DNA of 55,453 bases, the filler included, from Sphacelaria rigidula (taxonomy: Eukaryota): assembly GCA_964200075.2 (NCBI GenBank). It is 6 parts of 6 records of this genome, joined end to end, with 100 filler letters (N's around TTAATTAATTAA, not from the genome) between each part and the next. Parts side by side here need not be neighbours in the genome. Positions count along the whole stretch, not along the records: positions 1 to 9,160 come from CAXNAA020009155.1; positions 9,261 to 18,420 come from CAXNAA020009156.1; 4 more parts are not named here. One strand, 5' to 3'. Below, one piece after another: positions 1-10,725 of this stretch. The notes under the pieces were generated by a model, which made no database searches, was not told the DNA's origin, and saw nothing but the letters and a program-made list of their open reading frames with translations. How positions within the stretch are numbered: position 1 is the stretch's first letter; each line of letters starts with the position of its first letter. The position numbers and the translations under genes were made by a program.

Positions 1-584
1 TGAGAGTACCCTTTGTTGTAAGCAAAACAGGAGGGTACACCCTGCCCTCTGCTACAAGTTATATATATATATATATATATATATATACCCTTTTTTGTTC
101 TACTGTTGTCCGTTTTCTGTCAAGTGGTAACCCTTTTTTGTGAAGTGGTGACCGTACCGCCGTCCGCCGAGTATTCACAACCATAAACATTTTCGGTAAA
201 ACTACTCCCCGCCAAAAAAGGCCGAAACCCAACGACCAGAAGAGTGTAGCCCCCCTCCTGGTTGCCCCGAAGACCCGGAAGATCCAACGGTGCATACAGG
301 TCTCTTGTGTGCCGGACCTCACGAAGATCCAACGAACACGGGTGAATATCTTGCCGACACACCAGCCCGAACGGCATCATGCGGAGACAACATGAGACCG
401 TTGCCGGATCTGCAATTTGCCGCTCGGAAATGGAGATGGACACCGACGGGATCCAGGATTGGAGCAAGAACGCCTGAATCCAACATCGTAGACTGTACAA
501 TCAGCTGTCTTCCTCTGATCGCAAAACACGCACACCCTCCCGACCACAACTCAGAATACCCGAAGCTGTGAGACCAACGCGCCA

Positions 585-1080
585 ATGTCATCGCATGCCA
601 CAAGCGACGGTGTGCCACAAGGCGGCGCCAGCGCGGGCTGCTCCGCGTTTCAACCCCGACTCCTCAAGAAGGACGACTCGTTTCCTGACGTCACCAAGTT
701 AAGGACGGCGTCAGAACGCGTCATGCTCTCACAGGGGCGCACTATGATTGCCGACTTGAGAGTTACAGGCAGCCGGAGTAAGCTTTTATCGATGCGCAGG
801 CTGAATCATAAAGTCGAGCGAGAAAGGAGGGTCTGACTGCCAGGTTCGCGTGCGCGCCTACAAGCGCAAGACGCAATAGTGGGTGGTCACCGACTGCCAT
901 TTCATCCACGAAAATTGCGCCGGGGGCAAGAAGAAACCCAGCGTTCGAGCTTTGGCGCAGGAAGGCGCCGTGGTCGTAAACGCCAACAGAAGGATCTCAG
1001 CTCCTGTTCTCGTGAGCACCCTCAAGGGCGCGTACGGGGTGGAACTGAAATATCACACTGCGAACCGTCTCAAGCGCAGA
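585..1080 (+). pseudogene. Mutator-like (MULE/MuDR) transposase N-terminal remnant
   Basis: Across a frameshift near 786 and two in-frame stops it reads LLKKDDSFPDVTKLRTA...KL/YRCAG*...DCQVRVRAYKRKTQ*WVVTDCHFIHENC...VLVSTLKGAYGVELKYHTANRLKR. This matches the MuDR/FAR1 C..C..HxC DNA-binding finger followed by the YGVxxxYxxAxRxK helix. No DDE domain follows. Confidence 0.7.
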
Positions 1081-2337
1081 GGGAAAAGACAAGAAAAGAA
1101 AATAAATAAATAGAATAAAAAAAACGGAAAAGGGCCTAAGGATTCAGGGCAGCAGAGTAGATACAGACACACACCAGTGGACACCGCAGAGCCAGCGACT
1201 AAGGACATAATCAACAACCGATACGAGCAAACAGGATTCTTCGATTAGCGGCCCTCGACGCAGCGGCCTCTCGTTTGTGACGGCCGTCTGATTCTCGAAA
1301 CATCAGAAAAGGGCGCTAGAATCTAATCGGGACCCATAGCAAGTCTTTTTTAGGTGGCCCCATCCGCCAAGCCCAGTAATCCGGCAAGAATTAAGGCTGA
1401 GCCACCGAACTAGGCTTTGTTTTTGTTTTGGGAGAGAAATTTGTCGTAGCACAAGAAGCGGCCTACCAAGCCACCAAGAACGACCATGAGGGTGGCTTGG
1501 TGCACTGCGCTTCCCTCTCTATTCCATACAAATGAATGTGGGATTCATATTGGTGTGTGTGAATCGGACATCATATTCAGATATCATATTCGGAGATCAT
1601 CGTCGACATTGTTAGTACTACTACACCCCGAAAAGAGCACGAGGCATGAGCTGTGTGGGCACCCGGGACTGTCAGCCCCAAAGAGATGCTAATGTGGCAA
1701 GTCTACGCTGAAGTCAAGTATTTACCCAACCACGTATTTTGCCGACTAGTCTATTCAAACTCTACTGGGAGCACCCGTGTGTCACACAATGGCACAAAAT
1801 TAAGGGTCAAACGAATAGATGATTCGTCTGTAAATCACTTGATTTTAGTGTAATTGATTCGTACCGTACGAATCAACCCTCAGGCTTTGTTTTCAGCGTA
1901 GCCACCCAGGTACGCGCAGCCCAGGGACGTGGAATGGCGCAAAAGTTGCGTGGAGACCCGTTTGACCAGCGGTCGACTTTTTCTCTCTCTCGAGCAATCA
2001 GGCCTAAAGGAATCGCGGATTTGGTTATCCGAACCGGCAATGATTCGTCCGACGATATCCTAGCGGAAGGACAAAAAGGACATTCCGACGATATCCTAGC
2101 GGAAGGACCTGAGAGAGCCCGTCCTCCCGGCATATTTATCGCTGAATAAGATTCTGTGCTGCGTTAATACTGACGAGAGATGTGACACAGAGTAATAAGT
2201 CGTGGAAGTTGATGAAAGGGCCAGATGCTGTTCAGATCGTACGTGAAAAAAGCGCGCGTACAATGAGAGAAAACTGGAACCCTTCCATGTGTTAGCGATA
2301 GTGTGTGGAGACTGAACAGGATAGGGGGTTTTAATAA

Positions 2338-2439
2338 CCCTTCGACGGCGAGGGTAGGTCACCCGCTGAATCGGCATCAATATTCACTTGAAAAAAGTAT
2401 GCATGATCCAGGTGGACTACCCGCACCGCGGTCCAAGGG
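2338..2439 (+). mobile_element. ~100-bp piggyBac-like MITE, copy 1
   Basis: ATAA|CCCTTCGACGGCG...CGCGGTCCAAGGG|TCAA; internal AATCGGCATCAAT...AAGTATGCATGATCCAG shared with copies at 14249, 49194 and 49305. Confidence 0.75.
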
Positions 2440-2505
2440 TCAACAGGGATTTAAAATAGGGCACCTTGCTGAATAGTCCTTGGAAAATGGCGCACTGTTT
2501 GTTTG

Positions 2506-2581
2506 TTTTTTGTCTCACTTCGAACCTCTCTCCTTCCCCGGGACGAGTCCGTGGTCTCAAGGGATCAACCCATCTCTCCTT
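2506..2581 (-). mobile_element. SINE/LINE-type 3' tail (family A tail)
   Basis: T-run followed by GGGACGAGTCCGTGGTCTCAAGGGATCAACCCATCTCTCC; also at 23638-23714, 24427-24510 and 27780-27856. Confidence 0.75.
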
Positions 2582-3719
2582 GGTATTCGCCTTGCATTTT
2601 GGTCTCGCGGGCTGGATCATGACCATCACTCCCGCACCGCGTCATCTTACGTCAAACAAACAAACTCAGTCGACTACTTCGTTTACTCACGTTCTCACGC
2701 TTCCCACCGTGGAACTGATTACGTCAATTATTTTTTGAAAAAAAAGGAGCATATTTATTTCGACGTCTCATTGTTCCGTTCACGAAATACGATCCAGTAA
2801 GGTTGTCCACGGTCTTTTCATGAGAAGTAAACCAGAATTCTCTAGATCATACCTTCAATACATAGTATGTATATTTCGATTTATGGGTATGCGTGGTGTA
2901 CTACTTGCCCTCTGTGACCTAGGTTCGAGTGATCGAGCAAATGTGACGGAAATAATGATAATTATTGCACGTATGCCGTTACACACGACACATTGCGCTG
3001 ACAATATATCTACATCTGTATACGTATCCTAGTTGGGATATTATACCGTGGTCCGTATATAGTGCGGTTCCTTGGCGTCAAAAGTTTAACTTAGATAATG
3101 ATGGTGTTGAGGTGCTTTCAGGAGCAGACTATTGTGCGGACACCAGATGTTGAAGTTCTGCGTCGCGAAATATCTTGCGCGGTTAGCTATATATTACACG
3201 CTCGAATAGGTTGATATACTGCGAACGCGTTGTTGGGACGCCCTGCTCCTCGTTCCAATAATTCCATCAATATATACTGCGCCTCCTGGTCCATCGACGT
3301 GATGAGATGTGAATCCACAGATACCTAATTGGTGAGCAGTAAAAGTAGTGTGGGGTCACTTGACCTCCGGTACGGTTACACCCAGCTGAGGTAATCCTTC
3401 GAGATCTCAAGTGCTCGGTATTGTGTGTCTACATGCAATTCTAAAGTTGGCACTACACACACTGAAAAAACAATATATATATATATGGAGAGAGAGAGAC
3501 CGCTGTTTCCGCGATAAGTGCGTCCCTAAACTAAATGAAATCGAGCTCGGAAAAAAGGCTTCCTGAGAATCTGCTCGAAGGGTTCTGGGTCTCAAAGGGC
3601 TGATTATAACCACTTGAGTTCGGTCACGAGAGCCACAATCTAAGTGACAGCAGCGTGGACGAGGTGAACCAACCAACAACAAAATCCATCCAGTTGAAAC
3701 GAACACCCCCTTCGTGCAC

Positions 3720-3908
3720 CTGGCCGTTGACAGCTTCCCGACCGTGCAAGTTAGCAATGAAGACGAAGCCCCCGGGAGCGACGCGCACGAACGCCGCTCC
3801 GGTACGGTGGCCGTAGACCCTGCGCGGCTTGGGCAGTTTGCTGTCCAGGCTGTGCCGGTTAAGGCTTCCCCCGATCCCCGGCTCCTTAGGGGTGTCCAGT
3901 CCAAACGC
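3720..3908 (-). CDS. DEPDC5: DEPDC5/Iml1-like C-terminal domain, fourth exon seen (AFGLDTPKEP...RRVYGHRTGAAFVRVAPGGFVFIANLHGREAVNGQ)
   Basis: CAG acceptor at 3909-3911; 63 codons, phase 0. YGHRTGAAFVRV..GFVFIAN resembles the YxHxxGxxF...G[FY]xWxxN motif of the DEPDC5 CTD. The 3' boundary (weak GTGCAC donor) is uncertain. Confidence 0.7.
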
Positions 3909-4743
3909 CTGCGCTTGTCGTCGAGTTGTTGTGCGTGGGGGCAGGGGGGGTTGCAACAACTTCATCATGTGACACTGGAAAATGACTCGTTACTTCGCAG
4001 TCGTCCACAGTCATGACGGGAGGAAATCATTTGAGAGTGACTTGGTGAGGCAAAACAGTCACCCCCTGACTGATTTGGTCGATTTGCCGCACAATAACTA
4101 ATCCCCGAGGGACCCCGTCGTAGTCATTACCCACACGATAGATGCACCCAAGGTGAACAAAACAAAAACACTCGCTGACAATTTGTGAAGTAAAACTGTA
4201 AGGTAGGACTGTTTTTCAGTGTACCCTGATAATCTAAGAAGTGGAAACCATCGGCCCCTGCAACATGAATTCAGGTAGGAAAAAGCTCCTGCGCAATGGC
4301 ACATGCTTTCACACCCAAACGAGAACAAGAGGCTGTGGGAACAAATTGCGGCTCAGCTATTTCGACCTCACTATTTGGGGTATGAGCTCTCACCCACCAA
4401 CCCTACGGAAGCGCCTGGCACCAAACTTCAACTTACATACACCGGGAGGAAAAAAAACCCTGTTGCAGTGAAAACCTCAAGTGGCTGGCTGGCGCGTTAG
4501 GGTTGGGGTTGGAAAAGAGTGCTCGTTAACGTGAACTGGCGGAAATTAACACAACTCGAATCGACACTGGATGATGACTACGGAGGTATTTTACTCCGTA
4601 ACACATTGGCACATCAACACGTACTGACAGGAGGCCGCAAAAAAATAAATCCTCTTGGGGGAAGAGCATGGCAATTTTGCGCATCCCCCCTTCTTCCAGA
4701 GATGCACAGCCTGCTCTGGGACCCAGCAAAAGCTAGAGCTTGC

Positions 4744-4920
4744 CTGCCAATCGGTGCGCACATCCCTGCACCTCACGAAGTCCATTTTGTTCAGCAGATG
4801 CCACTTGACCGACCTCACTATCGCCAGCTCATCTTCCGGAGAACAAGGCGGAATCTTGATGTATGGATGCGTGATGTACGGGTGCAGGTTGATCTGCGTC
4901 CCCGTCGCGTATTCGGGCAC
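4744..4920 (-). CDS. DEPDC5: DEPDC5/Iml1-like CTD, third exon seen (VPEYATGTQINLHPYITHPYIKIP...HLLNKMDFVRCRDVRTDWQ)
   Basis: C-rich tract plus CCCCAG acceptor; 177 bp = 59 codons; CAG|GCAAGC GC donor; resembles VP...PL/F...I.L...RFGFV of the DEPDC5 CTD. Confidence 0.72.
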
Positions 4921-6360
4921 CTGGGGCAGATGAGGGGGGCGAGGGGGGGGGCGAGGGGGGGGGGGGGGTTCATGACAAGACCAGGCAATAGCTCAAGTCA
5001 AGAGTGATGACAGATTTCTCCGAAAATCTAGCGTCAGAACTGTTTTCAGCACTTTTTGGAGAGAACTCCAAAAAAAGCTCCCATTTTTCGGAAAAAGCAG
5101 AAGTGAAGAAAATGCCCCGTTAAGCTGTGTGTATGCTTGCACAAATACAGTAGTAGCTGCAGAAGCGATTGTTCCAACCACCCTTTCATTTACACCTCGA
5201 GATCATCATGACATTCGACCGCCCTCGACTGGTAGACTATAGCCGAGACATATGTCTAGGTAATACGAACACGCTAAAACACGCTGGCACAGGTAGTTGT
5301 ATACGGTGTTGATGCTGCTGAGCCACGTTTTGCTGGTGCACACACACACGCCGTGAATTCGCGAGGGGAAAATCTCAACAGATGAACACAGTAAAAAAAG
5401 AGCTCAGCTTGTAGGTAAACTCAAGTCGTAGTAGTTGGGGACATGATGCCGGAGAATTCTCACAGGTGGGACAAAGATACGACTTCCTTCTGTCCGTGTA
5501 ACAGAAAACAACACAGAATGATGCTTAGATAAAAGGGGAGGAGGGGGTATTTGGGGCCATTTCCTCCACAAAATTCCACCTCAGTTTGTCGTTGAAAGCT
5601 GCGACGTTTACGCGAACGCCCTTGTTGCTCATAAGACACTCATTCATACAGACTCATTCACACAACTCGACACCGTTTTCACCTCAATGCAAACCCACCG
5701 CAAGTAGCAACGTCGTCTGTGACGTGTGTGAGACCCTGTTTGTCGCGGAATCAAACATCCCACCCTCCCCCCATCGTAGCATCACCCCACACCCTATTGG
5801 AGATGGGGCCATCGTGTACTCTTCTGCAGAAATATTATCCCGTGAAGTTTAGATCAAAAGGTTGATACGCGAACCGACACTTCGGTTGCCAACCGATACA
5901 TTCATCTTTTGACTCTGCTGCCACCTCGAAGGAATCTTGTACGCCACCGCACGTGCAGGTACTCTGCAGAATGGATACACACCTCAACCTCAACTACCGA
6001 CAAAAAGGGGGAGAATGTGGAGGATTGAACATGGTATAATATCTCCACTCGGGACACACACAAGCGCACCGCCCCGTCACCAAATCGATCTGGACAGGGT
6101 TGAACGAATGCCAGCGGTAGAGAGGACCGGGGCGATGGGTTGACCTTCATCACACCGACTCTTGGAGTATCGAACTTACCGGATCTTATCATGATCTTGG
6201 CCTCTGAACCGGCCATGGGGGTTTCGAACTGCTAATGGAGGTTCGAATCGGTTCTTGAGGCATAGAGCTGACTCTTATTGGACCTGTGTTTCCAACCGGT
6301 TCTTGTGTGCGTCGAACCGGTTCTTGCTACGTAATACCGTATGCAGTTGCGCGCGCGCAC

Positions 6361-6486
6361 CTGAACAAGGCACAGGTGCAGGTCTCTCGCACACCGATAC
6401 AGAGACTTGACATACTCGGCCACGCTGGACCCGCCGCACACCAACCATCGTATATCCAACTGGTGGATGCTGTTCACGTCGATAAC
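6361..6486 (-). CDS. DEPDC5: DEPDC5/Iml1-like CTD, second exon seen (VIDVNSIHQLDIRWLVCGGSSVAEYVKSLYRCARDLHLCLVQ)
   Basis: T-rich tract plus CGGCAG acceptor; CAG|GTGCGC donor; 126 bp = 42 codons; resembles the CTD segment '..I.L.W....... W.RKA..CG..LV.VP'. Confidence 0.75.
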
Positions 6487-8209
6487 CTGCCGAAACAACA
6501 ACCGAACAAAAATCAATAAAAAAATAAATAAAATAAAAACGAAAATTGAAACAGGGTGAGAAAAAAAGAGGAACCTAAACAGGGCGACGACAACAAAAAC
6601 GAATCGCGAAATACACTGGAGTATACTCGCACAAAAGCCGAATTGATATCATGCAAGTGCTTAATGCTGTTGACCCTTTTGGCACTGGCGATGGAAAAGT
6701 GTGGATGTCAAGGTGCTCTTTTTGAACGGCATATGGTTGACCTCCTACAGCTTTCACGCAAAACTATTTACTAAAAGCGTGTTTTTCAGACCGACGAGAG
6801 ATAAAAGTGGAAATGAGGAAAATTGTCTCTTTGGAATGTGGCGGATTCAAACCAACCCTTTTACCTGTGGTGAGGACATTTCCGTGTGCTCGGCCATACG
6901 ACTGACTGTGCGTGTATGATTCGACTCGGTACGCTTGTCAAGTGTTGGACAGGCACCACCCCCGTGATGCAGCCCAGCAATGCGATGCGTCACCCGTAAA
7001 CGACTGTGTCCATGTTGAGTAACAGACGTCGTATATGGAAAATAGACCGACGGTGCTGACCTTTGTAGCAAGACTTCAGGCACGGCAAGTGCTCATTTTG
7101 GCTGTGTGCAAAAAGTTGGACATACTTGATCCGTTGCGTTTTTCATTGAACAAAAGTAACCCGACCGCACCGGGGTGACATTTTTGGTGCGGGCATGACT
7201 CGTGATGGTGGATTCTTGTGTGGCCTTTCGCCGTAAAATGGTTACCGTCGGTTGTTTTTGTTCACATCTTTCCTTTTCTTGTCAGGGTTTGAAAAATGGA
7301 GATGGTTTATCCGGCGTTGGGCTACAATACATTCATGGTTGACACATTTTACGACTATCGCTACACCTGACCCTAACCCCAACCCAAGGCATACCGAGAA
7401 CCCTCGGGCAAGGGACGTACATATGGTTTTGTAGGCAAAGTGTGGCATTGATAGGCCCCAAATCTGCGCCTGTGACGCCGATTGAAACGAAATCGCGTTC
7501 TGCACACGCAAAGAGCACACGGGACTGGCAAGCCCCACTAAAGATCCAACTCTCATCTTTTCTTCAGCAAGTGGTTCAATTTTGTTTTCCTTGGGTACGT
7601 CCATCATGCGACCACGGCTGGACCCCTGGGGGATCAACGAGAGTGCGACAATCAATTAATCAAAATCATTATTCGCACCCAAATCAAGCAATATAAACCA
7701 TGGACATATTGTAGCTCAACGCCGGCTAACTCTACCGTAAAAATGAGGCGTCTACCCCGAGGACGGAAGGGAAGGACTTCCAAAGGGTAAACGAAAGTCT
7801 CCCAAAACACACAACATGACCCAGCTCGGCTATATGGGGTGGTCCGCCATGGTATCAAGAAAGGAAAAAAAAAAAGCGAACACTTCGGATGCGTCTCATG
7901 TTTCAAACGCTTTAAAACTGTGCATCGAGTATCACTCTGTAGCCACTGTCCATCAATACTTGAAAAAGGTGGAAAATATGTATTCCGAAAAGCATAACCT
8001 TTGTATCATCCACCATCACCCGGAACGGGCACCGAGAGCTGGTCCGAAAGATCCAATATCGTATCGATATCAACTACAAAGTGTACACCTCGTCACCGGT
8101 CACATGTGGGATGCAAACTACAAAATGTCAACCAGCACAAATTTTGGCAGAGCCCGCACGACTTGCTGATCTCGGATCGACTACATTCGTACAGCAGCCT
8201 CTCAGGCTA

Positions 8210-8405
8210 GAAACATGTTCCGAAATGAAGGTCAAATGAAAAAAATCTTCCGAAATGACGATCAGGTGAATAAATGTCCCGAAATGGCAATCAGGCGAAA
8301 AATGTCCCACATGACGATGGGGTAAACAAAATATTCCGAAATTATTATCACGCGAGGAAATGTTCCGAAACGATCAGGTGAGAAAATGTTCCGAAATGAA
8401 GATGA
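8210..8405. repeat. ~30-bp degenerate tandem repeat (AAATGTTCCGAAATGA core, about 7 units), intronic
   Basis: TTCCGAAAT-like core recurs at 8218, 8248, 8277 and onward. Confidence 0.7.
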
Positions 8406-8446
8406 CCTAGAGAACTCAGTATCCAACAATAAAATAGTAGCCGTAC

Positions 8447-8546
8447 CTGGTCGTACACCACGTCGAGCCATTCGTAACGAGGTTTCTCCTTGATCAGAGC
8501 GCCGTCGCTGGTGCTTGATGAAACATCCATCCGCAGCGTTTGCCGT
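8447..8546 (-). CDS. DEPDC5: DEPDC5/Iml1-like CTD, first exon seen (RQTLRMDVSSSTSDGALIKEKPRYEWLDVVYDQ)
   Basis: TTTGTTTCGTTTCGACCAG acceptor; CAG|GTACGG donor; RxEWxxxxYD is the motif that opens the DEPDC5 CTD; splices in phase 0 to the 6486 exon. Confidence 0.75.
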
Positions 8547-8723
8547 CTGGTCGAAACGAAACAAACACGTTTGATCAACAGGAGTTTATCCGATACGCCT
8601 TCACTCATTTTACTGCTGGTTTGATCAATATTCCATGACACAAAGTACCAGTCTTACGCCAAAAAAAAAAAAGCAAGTTAACTGCCAAGATTCCCGCATA
8701 CAAAAATCATACGCGCCTCGTGT

Positions 8724-9160
8724 ATCTTTCGACGGTTCAACAGGGTTTAGTACTTTATTTTCAGTACAAACCAAGGGTTATTTTGCTTGTGGATTTCTCC
8801 ACCGTGTCTGTTGTAACCAGCCTGAAACTTGGCACAGAGGCAGACCACAACACAGACAGCATATTCCCGGAGCGGCGGCACGTTTTACGTGGTGCGCTAG
8901 TTGCACGAAGCAAAATACGTATTTTGGGCAATGCCATCGATACGTCCTCAAAACGCAGTCCCTTCGGCCCAGACTGCGTGGGACGTCAGTCGATGCATAT
9001 GTTGACACGCAGATACGCTCACTTCCTGCTGGGTGGCTCCTGCCCTGGCAAACGAACACATCGATCCATATTGCGCACACTCTGGATGATGTCATTCTAC
9101 GCGGTACCTATCTTGGTATCGCCTGTAGAAGCGTTCACTTCAGGAGACACGGCCGTGCAA
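8724..9160 (+). repeat. Interspersed repeat, paralog of 26027-26455
   Basis: Shared blocks CAGAGGYAGACCACAACACAGACAGCATATTCCCG, CACGTTTTACGTGGTGCGCTAGT and CCTGCTGGGTGGCTCCTGCC. Confidence 0.85.
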
Positions 9161-9260
9161 NNNNNNNNNNNNNNNNNNNNNNNNNNNNNNNNNNNNNNNN
9201 NNNNTTAATTAATTAANNNNNNNNNNNNNNNNNNNNNNNNNNNNNNNNNNNNNNNNNNNN
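9161..9260. other. Artificial contig-joining linker 1
   Basis: 44 N + TTAATTAATTAA (stops in all six frames) + 44 N; identical at five places. Confidence 0.98.
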
Positions 9261-9829
9261 AGCGGGCGAGACTGGTCTGGTGCAAGAGCACCGAAGAAGC
9301 AGACAGTATCACTCGAGACCAGTTGAACAGGCAGCGACACGCCAGCAGTCTCAGTAGTACAGTAGTCCCTGGCACTTGATCGATTTTTACCGACCATTAT
9401 GGAACAAAATCGTCAAGATTTTGACCTCCAAAACTTTGAACGGACCCCAAAAAGTGCAAAATTTTGGCCAAGCGTTCAGAATCGTCACCCGATTCTGAAC
9501 GCTTGAGTACATGTTCAAAAGTTAGCACAAGAAGTAAAATGGGACATGTCATGTTTTATTGTACAGCAGCGCACGCAAACGGCTCAGTTATGTGCAGCAT
9601 CTGTCAACGCACAATCGTATATTTAAACTCTACGAAACCTGTCTGGTCTCTGTTGTATTACCTGAGCTGCTGTACTACTATTGCATTCCGAACAGCTGCA
9701 GCTGGAAGGTAGTGCTGTCTTGCCGAAGTTGAAAATGCAATGTTGCTGACACGAAGCATAAAAGTCACGTGACTATTCATGGGCGCACAGCTGGTTTCCA
9801 TCGCCAGCAGTAGCCACGCTGGCTTTAAT

Positions 9830-10122
9830 CCCATCTCCAGCAGTAGCCATGCGTGCGAGACACACTCGTCGTACACAGCTCCCACAGAGATGTGCGCACA
9901 GCTATATCTCCCAGCACTCCGCCGAATGAGCAAGCATGGGCCCATCGGCGGGTAGTACGGACTAGCGCTTTCCAGCACGGTGGCTATCACGCGCAAGGTG
10001 AGTGGGCGTTGTCGCATGATCGAAACGCGGACCGTCTCTCGCACGAGAAACAGCAGCAACAGCAGTATTGACACCGGTTGATTGAGGCCCACCCCCAGCC
10101 GTGCACATCTACTCACAGTAAA

Positions 10123-10165
<43 letters not shown>

Positions 10166-10599
10166 ATGCTCTTCCTCCTTTTCGTGTGGTAGACGCGGTT
10201 AGTGTTTCAACCCGTGACAATGTCCACCACCCGGCGCGTCATTGCCTCTCTACTTCGAATCATTTGTCGTTGTCACCCTGATAGCATTTTCAGTACGTAT
10301 CACTTGTTTTTCCTGTCGTGGACGCTGGCTTTATTCCATCACCAGCGATAACAACGCGTGTGAGACACACTCGACGTGCACAGCTACCACGGAGAGATTC
10401 GCACTGCTATTTATCCCAAAACTTAACCGAGTGAGGAAGCATGGACCCATCAGCGCGTAGCACGAACTAGCGCTTTCCAGTACGACGGCCATCACGGGCA
10501 ACGTGCGTGGGCGTTGTCGCACCATCAACAACAGCAGCAGCAGTATCGGCACCGGCTGATTCAAACTTACCCACAGCCGTATATATCCACTGGTAGTAC

Positions 10600-10633
<34 letters not shown>

Positions 10634-10725
10634 ATTGCTTTTTCTCCTTCTCGAGCGGCAGGCCGTCCGTATTTCGATCCGCGACAATGCCCATACATCC
10701 TTACGCGTGATTGCCGCCCTACCTG
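9830..10725. repeat. Diverged tandem duplication of a ~500-bp unit, each copy containing a (CTG)n tract
   Basis: 9830-10260 vs 10335-10725 share GAGACACACTCG, AAGCATGG.CCCATC.GCG, ACTAGCGCTTTCCAG and GTGGGCGTTGTCGCA; (CTG)n near 10124-10161 and 10601-10633. Confidence 0.85.

Noticed and set aside
2048..2108. 25-bp direct repeat TCCGACGATATCCTAGCGGAAGGAC, two copies
   Set aside because: Simple local duplication with no further copies or associated structure
3080..3150. VEVLSGADYCADTR as a Copia RT/RNase H junction
   Set aside because: Too short and no flanking pol homology recognised
7371..7385. CCCTAACCCCAACCC as telomeric sequence
   Set aside because: Only one perfect unit, internal to an intron
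9205..9216. TTAATTAATTAA palindrome as a biological motif or regularly spaced repeat
   Set aside because: Embedded in fixed N-runs at contig joins; it is a six-frame stop linker
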